64,000 bases of DNA from Asterias rubens (Eukaryota): the NCBI RefSeq assembly GCF_902459465.1, contig NC_047063.1, forward strand, positions 868,001 through 932,000, given 5' to 3'. The notes under the pieces are model-generated. The model did no database searches. It was given only the letters and a program-made list of their open reading frames with translations, and was not told the DNA's origin. Positions 34,650 to 47,000 of this stretch are shown here, one piece after another; position 1 is the first letter of the stretch, and each line of letters begins with the position of its first letter. A program made the translations under genes and the position numbers.

Positions 34650-37600
34650 ATGGCGTCACTTCCTGCTGACATATCCACGCACAACGAAGCACACAGCACA
34701 ATGGTCGCATCCCCAGACCAAGACGCAGCAGGAGATGCACCCAACACCGCCTCATCGCTACTCAGCCTACCGACTAAACCACCATGTGGGGACTTCACAA
34801 ATGAAACAGAACAACCTGATGGCACGCGCAACGCCCAGAACCTGGACCATGGATGGGCGTGGCTGGTCATGGTATCCGCCCTTTTTACTCACATCTTAAC
34901 ATTTGGAATGTCTTATGCAACCGTTGGGACATTCTACGTGGAGTTTCTGACAGAGTTTCAGCAAAGCAATGCAGCCACTTCCTGGACTGGATCAATCATG
35001 CTTGGAATGATGTTATGCTCTGGTAAGGGGGGGGGAGGGCACTGTAGTTCCCGTTAAGACCATTTGTAAACAGTTTGCGCTCGTGAAGAAGTCAAATAGT
35101 TTTGAAATCACTGAATATACCTCAAAAAAACTCATACACCCTTACATATTCGTAAAAAGTCAAGATTTTAAATGGGGGCTTACGGCTGGGGGTGTGGACA
35201 TCAACTGCGTGGGACTACACATTTTTTTTCTTCTTCTGGGGCACTTTCTAATCAACATATTTTTTGGTGTTTTCATGTTTAATAATTTGCAGGTCCAGCA
35301 ATAAGCCTTTTCATTGATAAATGTGGCGCATGCACAGTGGCTGTAGCGGGTGGAGCTATCGCATCGGCTGGATTGTTCCTAAGCTCCATGGCAACGAGCA
35401 TCATCTTCCTCTACTTCTCATTTGGTGTTGTCACTGGTAGAACGTTTACTTCTTTCTTGCAGTAAACAATCACAGACAATCTTTCCCATGTCCCTTTAAG
35501 GCAGGGTATACCTTTGGCAATTACTCCCAATAATATAACGACCATAAAAAGTTAATTGGTAGAAAGCTCTCCTGCAACATTTTGAAAACACAATTCCCAT
35601 CGAAAGAATGTGGTTGTTCATAGAGAAAGGGATTCAAAAATAACTGTTTCAAACTGAGAACCGCTGCAGAATCTCAGTGATATCTCTAAAAAAGATACCA
35701 CCTTTTAAATGTTTTACTTTATTTTATCATAATCGTCTTCAGTTTAACCAATCAAACGGTTATAAAAAGTATAACAAATTAAGTCCAAAGAATGAATAGC
35801 TACATACAAGAAAATTGAACAAAAAGTGGTAACACAATTGCTATCATCAAAATTGTCTGCCAAGCCAGACCAAAAGTTGATCAAATTGTCTTGTTTTGCC
35901 TCTGTCCCAAATTACACTTCTGAAGAATCCAAGCTGCAAAATGGCAAGTACTACCATTATTACGTAGAAGGCTCTAGATCGCGAGATCCTACATCTACAC
36001 AAGGACAAACAGATCAACCGCATACATATGATAAAACTCAGGATTTTGGTTTTCTGTGTTTTGTTTTTCTAGGCTTAGGTCTTGGCATGAGCTATCTCCC
36101 ATGCATCGTCATGCTAGGAAAGTTCTTCGAGCGTAGACGGGCTTTTGCTGCTGGTATTGCAGCTTCTGGGTCCGGCCTGGGGACCTTCATCTTTGCTCCA
36201 TTTGACCAATTCCTACTGGCTACTCTCGGCTGGCGACAGTCCTTCGTAGTTCTTGGATGTGTAGAACTGACCTTATGTCTGTGTGGTGCTACTTACTTAG
36301 AGAGCAAGATCCCTGTTCGGAGTGAAGGGTTGGAAGGTCGGGAAGACAACGAGGAGAGACTTAATATAGCGTCTCTGCCGCAGACGCCATCTTTGGTAGT
36401 TATCAGGCAATCTACTGGAGTCAAGCCGAGTGTGGATAACCTGAATTCCATCCGCAGTGCCCTTGATGCAATATCAGCCCGGAATACTCCCGTGGGAAGC
36501 TGGAAGCAGAGCATCGGCGTGAAGATGCGGGGAAGTGTTTTCTTGCAATCACCTATAAACTCCCCGCTACCCTCCTCGCCTATTCCACTTGACGGTTTCT
36601 TCGGTCTAGCATCCCCTATAAACATCACAAGAGGGGCATCCTTCAATCCATCTTTGGACGACTCAAGCAGCCAAGTTCAGCCACCGGTGTCTGGGATAAG
36701 CGTGCCGACCATTGAGATCACACATGCATCAACTCCTCCATCGTCGAACTTAACTTCAACATACCAAGCTTCAGAAGGGTTAGGGGAACTAACATTTGGC
36801 AGCTGGCAGCAGAGTGTTAACGCTAGAGCAGTACTCAGCAATTTCTTACAGTCTCCGGCTCTTTCACCGATTCCCGATTCCCCTTTGACTTTAGACAACA
36901 TCTCAAAGTTATCTGTTCCATCCAATCAGGACTTATCGCTGGACCGGTCGACACAGGAATCTTACAACAATATTACATCAACGACACTCGATCCAGTTCT
37001 AGAAGAATCAAGACTGTGTCCTCGACTTGACGATATCGTACAACAAAGATGTCCGACTTCAGGCGATGACGAAAGTGTAAAGTATGATCTCGACGGGGAA
37101 GGTCAGAAATCTGAGGAGTACCCCCGCAGAAAGCGTGACAGTCCGCTAGTAACCATCTATAGGTTGTTTCACAATAGGTTCTTCGTACTGTTCAGCATCT
37201 CAGGATTCGTCTTGTGCATTGGATACCAGCTGCCATACATGTACTTCAAGGCCTTTGCTCTTTCCCTAGGTATAGATGAAGACAGTTGGGCATTAATCAT
37301 GGCCTGTATGGGGATCACAGATATGCTTGGGAGACTCATTGTGGGTTTCATCTTCGACCGTGCCATGTGCGTCTCCCATCGGTTGGTTGGCTACACGTTA
37401 TCACTCTTCTTATCTGGAGCGCTTCTACTCCTCATGTCGACTGCTTCAACGTATCCAACCTTAGCAATGGCAGCTACAAGCTACACGTTGATTGCTGGGT
37501 CCACTGATCCCCTTGTGCCGGCACTTCTTGTGGAGTATGTTGGACTGGATTCACTGTGCTACTCTTTCGGCTTTCTGATTGAGATGCAAGGGATTGGATT

Positions 37601-38165
37601 TCTCCTGGGCCCGCCTCTAGCGGGTAAGTGTCTATTGTTTACTCACAATCCCAGTCCCAGAATTTTTGACTTAATACAGAAAACACAATAAAGTATTCAG
37701 TATCAAACAGAATTTCCACAAAGAAAGTAACATAGGGCAACAGAGATATTTCTCAAAATAATTGTAAGACAACAGAACAATTATTGGCCATTCATTTCAA
37801 AAGCTTTTGAAGTTATTAGTTTGTGGTGTTTTCCTTTAAATCTGTCTGGACGAAAACAGCTTCACGAGATGAATGTACGCTTACAGTAATGTCCCAATAG
37901 TCTGGACTCAACTCAGTCCAGAGTCTAGGCACTATAAGTTTGCCTAGTTCTGTGCCATTTACTTCATGGAATTGTTTTTTCTTTTCTGACAGGTATTGTG
38001 TATGCGTACATCGGGGATTACTCGGCAGTCTTCATTGTTGGTGCCCTCGCTTTCATAGTCAGCGGAGTTATCATTCTACTAGAACCAATTTGTGCACAAT
38101 GCCAGAAATGGACCCGGAGTTCAGCATCACGTTCTGAAATAATCGGCGCCAATACAACAGCATAA
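34650..38165 (+). CDS. SLC16/monocarboxylate transporter family MFS protein, 746 aa. join(34650-35022,35293-35436,36073-37623,37993-38165)
   Basis: MCT motifs DHGWAWLV (TM1), SWTGSI, GPAISLFIDKCG, GKFFERRRAFAAGIAASGSG, GITDMLGRL, FLLGPPLAG. Twelve hydrophobic segments with a long TM6-7 loop. All introns are phase 1 GT-AG and the total of 2241 nt is divisible by 3. Subfamily not assignable by eye. Confidence 0.93.
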
Positions 38166-39452
38166 GGCCCAGCTGATAAGGCCAACCACTACAGGTACTC
38201 ACTGACTTGGGTATTCTACAATGTGGGCCTATGACATTTTACCTTCACCTGCATTATCAATTTAACTTCCGTTGAGTTATCTCTTAAGCTAGTTTTGTAC
38301 ATTTTACAGAACCTCCCTTACAGAGCAACTTCTTTAGTGGGTCTTAATCTCAACCAAGAAGTTGCTATTTGATAACAATATTGGTCTTTTTACCCCAAAG
38401 AGGCTTGTTTACATTTCACAGAGCTCCCAAATATACTTAATCGAATACAGGGCAATGTCTCTAGTAGGTATAATTTATATTGGGTTTTTGTTAGTGGCTA
38501 GGGAGAGTAGGGGCACACTCATTTTATGTTATGAAGCTTAAATCTACATGCATTGTATACACACTCTCCTTATTTACATTTCCAAAAGCCTCATTGACAG
38601 AGACATTTCTTTGTTTTACCTTTGAGAGTTTTAACTCCCCCACCAATACCACTTCAACAAAAGCAGTACTTGCTCATGCTTAAACGATAATTATTGAATG
38701 CAAGAAAAAAATGCAAAAAACATATCCAAGTGTATTTTAACAAAATTACGTACATTTATTTCAAATAGAAAATAAGGAAACTAAATAGTTGTATGATATG
38801 AACATTGTGAAATAATGGTACTGTACCAGTGTCCATAAAATTACATAAATGTGAAGAATAAAATGTTTAAAAATAAAGCTGAAGTGAGCTTTTCAAATCA
38901 ACAATAATATAAATCAACATTTTATAAGTTCATTTAGAGATTTCAAAACCAACGAAGTGCCTTCACCTGTTGAGTCTTTGTGGGCAACTTTGCAAAACAA
39001 AACCCAAAGTCCACAGATAAATGTTCAGGTAGTGGGTACTTTTAGGCCAAGCTTTTCTTTGTTGGCGATGAACAAGTTATAAAGAAATCTAGCGGTCCAC
39101 TTGTCTATGACATTCAGATTTCTGAGAAATTGTACTAAAAAAAGGATGCAATAATAACAAGAGAATACAATAAATTTGTGTAAAGAAGGGAATATCTCTT
39201 GAATAAATTCAACAGAAGTACAGAATGTTCCTGTCACTCCAATTTCTTGTCAACAGTCATTCAAAATGCAAATCAATATTAGAAAGGAGTGTTTACAAGT
39301 TGGTATTGCAATGGATTTTAAATAAATAGCACATAAACCCTCCAATAAAATTCTAAAATAGAGCATTCAACCGAAGTCACACAACAGATTGCATGTTTTC
39401 AACTTCGGTCGAGAATGTACAACTGAAGTACTTCACAATGCTATACTTTGTG

Positions 39453-39694
39453 TAGTCTTGGTGCAAGAGGTTGTTGTTAGTTATGCTATCGCAGGCCTCC
39501 GATCCGCGGCGCGCACACTACCATCCAACAATAACTGGCGCTGTTGGTAAACTTCCAGATCCCCTTTACACATCGCACTGACGGATTTCGCGGCTTCCAG
39601 AGGACGCCCTCTATCAGCAGTATAGTCGAGACGTGTGTGTAGTTTTGAGTGTATGGTTTTACCAACTCAACAAGAACGTCTTGCACCAAGACTA
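39453..39694. mobile_element. 242-bp TAG..CTA MITE with 9-bp TSD (AcademH- or MULE-like)
   Basis: 15-bp TIR tagtcttggtgcaag / cttgcaccaagacta; tactttgtg at 39444-39452 and 39695-39703. Confidence 0.8.
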
Positions 39695-40242
39695 TACTTT
39701 GTGTGAAACCAAGCCCATCATAATAAGGGTCGAAAAGTAAATTCTTTTAATAATATGCAAATTGACTGATTTGCATAGGTCAATCTACAGTTTCAATCAT
39801 GTGATCTACACTCATTCAAACATCTCCAATTGGAATTTGATCACACTTCTGTGAAAAGAAAACACAAATATTCCCAGAAACGTAACAACTAATTCTGGCA
39901 TAGTTTTCATTCATACTCGGTCCGTTTACAATTTGGCTGACACAACAGCAACCATTCATCGGTCCGGGATTTTCTCAAATTTTCTCTCCCTTCCAAGCTC
40001 AATAGCTTTGGTTTTCAGACATAGACCTCTATCATGCTGCAACCATCTTGATTCTCTCCCATTCAAATCAATGTAACCAAACCGAGGCTGGCAGTGCCAA
40101 TAGTCTGGTTCCTTTTTGTACAACGAGTATTTGCATCTATTACTGCTGTTGGATACAGGGAACATGACCAAGATGGTGGCAGAATGCTAAAGGTCTATAC
40201 ACAGGGATGGGTGCCACCATTGGCTGTTCACTCTGCTGAATC

Positions 40243-43200
40243 TTAGCTTGTTGAGGGTCCAGCTTCCTCATGAGCTTGGTGTACACCCAGCTTGGACATT
40301 GAGATCCTTTCTATATCATCCAGACTGAGATTTGCAATGGTTGTTGAGAATTCCTGGTGGGATAATCAAGCAACAAAATCACAGAATAAGTTTCATATAA
40401 TTACTCCAAAACTTAAACTACACACAGACGAAGCCACCTTGTTACAAAGACCAACAAGTCATACAGTACATCAGAATTTCCAGTCAGGCATTTGCAAATT
40501 ATTGGAATTGCATCTGTTTATTAAAAAAAATAGATGGGTGTTGAAGACATGTATTTGTGGTTTTACTTCATAAATACTGACAAAATGTTCAACAGTTTAA
40601 GAGTTGGACCATGCACACTTTGTGCCTGATCTGATTATACTTGACACTAGTGGGTTAGCTTCTGAATGTCAAGGCGTGATATCATCATACCTTGACTACA
40701 GACAGTTTCCAAAAATGTCAAACATTGTCATTTTTGACAAAGTAGTAATTTGCAGCTTAAAATATGCGGTATTAAATACAGGGCACAGTGTTAAACACAC
40801 CCTTGGTAATACATTGCTTGTTTAAAGAAAAAATAATGAGCCCTTAGATCAATGCCCTCTGGGTATAAAGTGCTAAGTAAGAGTTACATTATTTATGGAT
40901 ACAAGGGGTTGTTAGTTGAATATACAAAGTTTCTACTAACTTGTGGTTTTGTAAGTGGTAATCTGTAACTGCAAGTTTAGGTTACTGTCATCATTTCGGT
41001 GTTCAAGTTGTTAAACAAAATTATTGAAAATCAAACTTGTTCAAGATGCGAACCTTTTTAAACTGTTCTAAGACTTTCTCTGCATCCGATGAAGTAAAGT
41101 GTCTATGTAGGAGGGTCTTTAAGGCATCCCATAATGCAGTTCCACCTCCTATTCGTGAGGTACTTGTTAGATCTAACGATACTTCTGGCCTTCGTATGAC
41201 AAGATGGATTTTTGTATCTGGACCAATATTGTAATCACCTAAACATTGGCCATCTGTATAAAGAAAACAAATTCAATTAAATGTTAATAAAACCTATCCA
41301 AATATTGTCGTCAATTCCTCATGTCAGTACAAAAGCTTTGCATCCCCTGAAATAGCACTTTTACACATTACGCACAGGTTTGATGTCAAAACGATGTATC
41401 TTTGTTCAAATTAGCCCAGATGTACACAGAAAACAAGTATGCATCGAGATATAACGTTTCTGCAGAGTAGTACAATATTAAAGGCATACTGAGACAATTT
41501 ACTGGCCCTCCAACCCTCCATAGTTGTTATACTGAGGGCCTCTATGGTTTATTAAAGACACTGGACACTATTGGTAATTGCTCAAAATAATTGTTAGCAT
41601 AAAAACTTACTTCTTGGCGATCAATGGAGAGATGTTGATTGTATAAATCATTGTGAGAAACGGCTCCCTCTGAAGTAACATTGTTTTCAAGAAAGAAGTT
41701 ATTGCTCACTAAAATATTTTAATTTGATTTCAAGACCTCAGAATTTGATTTTGAGGTCTCAAATTCAAGCATCTGAAAGTGAAAGCACACAACTTTGTGT
41801 GACAAGGGTGTTTTTTCTTCCATTATCTCGCAACTTTGACAACCAATTGAGATAAATTTTCACAGGTTTGTTATTTTGCGCATATGTTGAGATACACCAA
41901 GTGAGAACTAACAATTACCGAATGTATCCATTATCTTTAAAAAGCAATATTTTTTTCTGATCACCATCGGCAAGACATCAACAAGTAAATTAACTACTCT
42001 TCAAGTAAGGAAACTACTACTACATGTTAGTACCTGACAATGTTTTTCCTTTGAAGACGAGTCTCTGTTGATGCACTGGAACATCTAACTCTTTAGCCAC
42101 CATTCGTTTGACGGACAGGATTGGTTCTGATGCTGTTACCTGTAAAACAAACCAATGAATCTTTATACAGTCAATTAAATCAGGTTAAGTATTATGTTAG
42201 TGTTTTATTTTAAAAAGGCAAAGTATATCTTTAGTTTTTGGAACTTTTAATCTTATATGAATGTGTGTACAGTAGGCCTAAAACTAACCAGTACAACTTT
42301 CATTTCAAAAGGTGGTTTTGAGCGTCAAAAATCTAGTGTCCACGCAGGAAGAATACTGAATCAACAATTGCAATACACAATCTGAAAAATATTTCATAGA
42401 TTTAAATTTGTTTCAATCCCTTTTTTGTGAAGTTAACCACATTCCATTAGTAAGATGGGAATCGTTTCTCACAATACTTCAAAAGCTACAGTGCTTCTTA
42501 CTCTATAAGTTTTTAATGATCATTAATATTTGAAGTAATTAGTATTACCAACGATATACCCTACCTATTTATGATAAAGAATGCCCAATATGTAAACATA
42601 AAAAGTTCATTGAGCATGAGGACAACTATGGTGTAGGCCTAGCCTATAATCAAACAAAATGTTTTGCCTCAGTTGTCAGTTGTCGAGGAAGTCAATCAGA
42701 GTTTATGTGTTTTGTGCAAGTGCAAGATGTTAACGTGGATCCTGTTATTTGTAGATCGCACAATTTTAATTATAAATGGAAAACATGAAGAATTTAAGAA
42801 CAGTATTTCAGCTTCGCAAGTTTAATACTGTAGTTTGTAGAACTTAAAGTAGCCTCCATTGCCCCTGGTGCCCTGATCTTGCCCCCCCCTTGGTGCCCCC
42901 TCCCTTTGTGCCCCTTCATCATAAGTTTCCCATGGACTTTTAGAAGTGCCCTTTTCAACATGTAAATCTCTCTCTCAACAAACCCATGAACAAAGATAAA
43001 ATCACAGGCCTGTTCTTAATCTTGTTTGTTATTCTTTCTTAATCTTATTCTCGATCTCTTGACTTAACTTCTTCTTCTTCGTCTTCTTCTTCGTTATTTT
43101 TAGTCTTTATATATTAATTTATACAAATATAAACTATCTTAAAAATTTCATTTATAAAATACTAAATTATAAATAAAATAAGAGTGTTTAATTGTTTACT

Positions 43201-43383
43201 TATCAAACTAAGTTTATATTATTCTAGGTAGGCCTGCTGCATGGAGGAAGGAACTTGATTACCTCCATGATAACAATAAAATTATAGCACAAGCAAGAAG
43301 AATTAAAACCAAAAGCATTTACAACGTACCTCAACACGGCATTCCCTTCCTTGCGTTTGAAGAATCTTCACAATTAAAATCAT
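40243..43383 (-). CDS. UBL4A: Ubiquitin-like protein 4A (GET5/GDX), 156 aa. Exons (minus): 43330-43383, 42034-42139, 41054-41253, 40243-40353
   Basis: UBL domain MILIVKILQTQGRECRVE/VTASEPILSVKRMVAKELDVPVHQQRLVFKGKTLS/DGQCLGDYNIGPDTKIHLVIR, then LWDALKTLLHRHFTSSDAEKVLEQFKK/EFSTTIANLSLDDIERI, which matches the UBL4A C-terminal BAG6-binding region (human LTLDDIERL). Phases are consistent. Confidence 0.95.
41556..41936 (-). mobile_element. Kolobok-like MITE, inverted copy (UBL4A intron 2)
   Basis: TTAA on both sides; family internal sequence reversed. Confidence 0.8.
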
Positions 43384-44027
43384 TTCTGTTTACTTAAATT
43401 CTACGATGCTTGCACTAATGATGAAGGTTACAAATTAAATACAAAATATGATAGTCACTTCCAGTAAACCTTTCTGAGTCTCTGGCCACGAATTAAATCA
43501 TATTGAGATGTGAGAACTTAGGAAGTTATTGACACTTGTTCGTGCATGCTACTGGACTGCAGCATTTGGTCATTCAGCAATCCGCCATGTTTATCATAAA
43601 CTTCACCCTAGTCGCCCACACGATGCGGTAAATATTTTTGCACATTAGACGTGCTGCGCGCTAGTCTTCTGTTCAAGGCAATTATATTATAGTATCGTCG
43701 TCACCGCGACAAATATTTTTAATACAAGTCTACATACGACTTGATTACAAGTCTACATGTTTGTGTATACGTCCGGCGTACGTACGTCGTCGTATGGCTA
43801 TATGGGGGTGTCGGGTGTACTTTCTCATCTCACCACACGAAGCTATGTCATAGAGCTATATGATAAGAGCTATATCATATCGCAAGGTGGCTGCTTGATT
43901 TTGTCCAATTTCACAATAATTTTCTCTGGATAAGTCGGTACAACAACAGACTCTTCTTCCTGAGTCATGATGTGCCAACTTTAGACGTTGACGGCTGAAC
44001 CAAACAGGTTTCTCAATCTCGTTTAAA
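43384..44027. promoter_or_regulatory. Probable bidirectional promoter between UBL4A and the IL17R-like gene
   Basis: The divergent ATGs are 644 bp apart, with a CpG-rich stretch at ~43600-43830. Confidence 0.55.
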
Positions 44028-47000
44028 ATGGCTAGTAAATCGTCTGCAGTGACCGCAACATTCCTGCACTCATTGTTCATGCAAAGTCTATTGTTTTCTT
44101 TTGTAAGAAGTGATGAAGCTGCTTGTGCCAACTACTGTCCACCAGTGGTAAGTACATCGTCGTAATAGGATTGTTTGTACATATTCATTGTGTTGTGCTA
44201 CTGCTATATGGCACAATTTCCTAACTAAATAAAGCCTGTATCGAGTTACTGCATAGTCGGGTAGTTAATAGTGAAACAACTTGCTATTGCATTGAGGAAA
44301 AAGGCAAGCACAGCACTGTGAGAGTGTGACTGTAAAAAAAAAGCTGATAAGTGATAACTAGCTAGCCAAAATCCCATCAAGTTTACATTGTTGTATGCAA
44401 CCAAATTTATTCCTCCATGATGCAACTAACTCATTACTGATAGTGATTACTGATAGTGCCTGCCCCTTTTTCTTCTGCTTTAGCAAAGAAATTTGCTGAG
44501 CAGTGTTTTCTAGAAATTGGGCCCTGCCCAAATTACCAATGCATGCCACTGGCTGCACTAAAAAAACAGTTGGCAGTACATTTGGGGGGAGGGGTGTCTA
44601 TCTCGGTAGACTGTGCAAGTCTTGCGCGAACCGGAGCGAGAAAACACGACAGACCAAAAACTTGCATTATATCAAATCAAATCTTTGCTTTAAATTATTC
44701 TAAATACCGAATTTGAACAACAAAAATACTCATTAGAGCTTGTTTAATTTAGTTTTAGCTTTTTAAACATTTATGCAATTAATCGGTTATAGTTTATGTA
44801 TAGACAAAAGGAAAATTCTGGAACAAGGATGTTTATTTGATCTTAATTTTTTTTTAACCCCTGTTTGTGTTATCAAAAGCTGGGTTTTATGCGGACGCAC
44901 AATTTTCGCGAGGGCGTTAGATTAATGTTTGAAGCAGTTTAAAGAGGAAGCTGACGCTTAAATGACCAATGAAAAAGCTGTTCACCCCTCGAAAATAAAA
45001 CAAACGTCTGCGTAAGTTTCGTGATTGGAGATGGGCACCAAAATCTTAATTTTGTCAAGTAACTTGACCTGAGGTCAAGTGTTCATGTCGGTTTTTCTTC
45101 GTTTTTTTTATTGTACTTTTATATTATGTTGTATTACATTTTCAACAACATGTAATTATTAAGGTCATCAGTTACCTTAAAGACAGTGGACACTATTGGT
45201 AATTGTCAAAGACTAGCCTTCACAGTTGGTGTATCTCAACAATGCATAAAATAACAAACCTGTGAAATTTTGAGCTCAATCGGGCATCGAACTTGCGAGA
45301 TAATAATGAAAGAAAAAACACCCAATTGTCAAACGAAGTTGTGTGCTTTCAGATGCTTGATTTCGAGACCTCAAATTCTAAATCTGAGGTCTCGAAATCA
45401 AATTCGTGGAAAATTACTTCTTTCTCTAAAACTATGGCACTTCAGAGCCTTTTCTCGTGATGTTTTATACCATCAACCTCTTCCCACTACTCGTCACCAA
45501 GAAGGTTTTATGCTAATAATTATTTTGAGTAATCACCAATAGTGTCCACTGCCTTTAAACTAAAATAATGGACGAAACAAAATCTCCCCAATGTAAAACT
45601 CCATTAGGTTGGGACCACAATGGTCCCGGAAGTTCAAATATGCATGAGAATTGCGTGAAACTCGCACAGTCTATTGGGAATGGGAATCAGGGATGGGCGT
45701 CTGACAAGGGCCGGGGGGGGGGGGGGGTAACTGCAATAGGACAGTGAGTCAAGGGGGTTCTGAGAGGGGTGGGGCTACTGCATCAAGGGGTTCTGAGAGG
45801 GGTGGGGCTACTGCATCAAAGGGTTCTGAGAGGGGTGGGGCTACTGCATCAAAGGGTTCTGAGAGGGGTGGGGCTACAGTGCATTAGGGGGTTCTGAGAG
45901 GGGTGGGGCTACTGTGCAACAGTGGGTTCTGAGAGGGGTGGGGCTACTGTGCAAGGGGTTCTGAGAGGGGTGGGGCTACTGCATCAAAGGGTTCTGAGAG
46001 GGGTGGGGCTACAGTGCAAGGGGTTCTGAGAGGGGTGGGGCTACTGTGCAACAGTGGGTTCTGAGAGGGGTGGGGCTACTGTGCAAGGGGTTCTGAGAGG
46101 GGTGGGGCTACTGTGCATTAGGGGGTTCTGAGAGGCCCGGGGTTATGTCACTGACACATGCTGACTCAAAAAAAGGCTGTCCTGCAAAGAGGTAAAAATC
46201 ACAATTTTTCTCAAAGTGTTGATTGTAATAACAAAAATTATTCCAAGAGAATGTCAGTGTCACATAAAATGACCAAAACAAAAAATGTCATTTTGGGGAA
46301 TTTTGACGAAAACGTGTATTGCTGTGTCAATGCACTTTGTACTTCCACAGCAGATTGTGGAATTAAAAAACAAATTGTGCATAGTTGTACCATCCCCAGA
46401 AGACATTTTCTTAGCTGCTTATAAGCAGAATGTATTGCTTTTAAACACATTTCTGCTTAGCAAAAGATTGCAAAATTCAGGTCACATGAATGTGACCAGG
46501 TTGGACTCCTCCGTCGCATACCAGGGCTAGTGATGCTATTTTCGCAGGTGTCCCTATAAATTCTTAATCTGATACGAAAGGCCTAATCCCAATTTTGTGG
46601 AGCTTACTACTTTCGTGCTGGCGTTCAGTCAGGATTTCTGAGATATTGACACACAGGGTTATTAGTATTATTTATATTTTGAAAAGGATATCGTTGTCAC
46701 AATAAAAGACTAACATGTGCCTCCCATTTTGCTCAAAACAATTGAAACATTCAAAAAAAAAGTTGAGTTTGAACACTTCTGTTTAGTGCTGATATCAAAG
46801 CTTACATGTAAACCCAGTAGACAAATGAGACACATATATCCTAAGTATTCCTTCGATGCTTAAGTTCAAAATCAAAACACATAAAATGTGTGGGCCTACT
46901 TATTTTGATTCAGATCATCTTTTTCCATTTGACTCTGGTCTTGTAAACACAATATTTGTCCAGTAAAATCTTTGAGCAACAACCCATGTGGTCTTGTGGA

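Noticed and set aside
35826-36072. N-terminal 82 codons of the 621-aa ORF
   Set aside because: Intronic read-through. The real exon starts at acceptor ttttctag|36073 in phase with upstream MCT exons.
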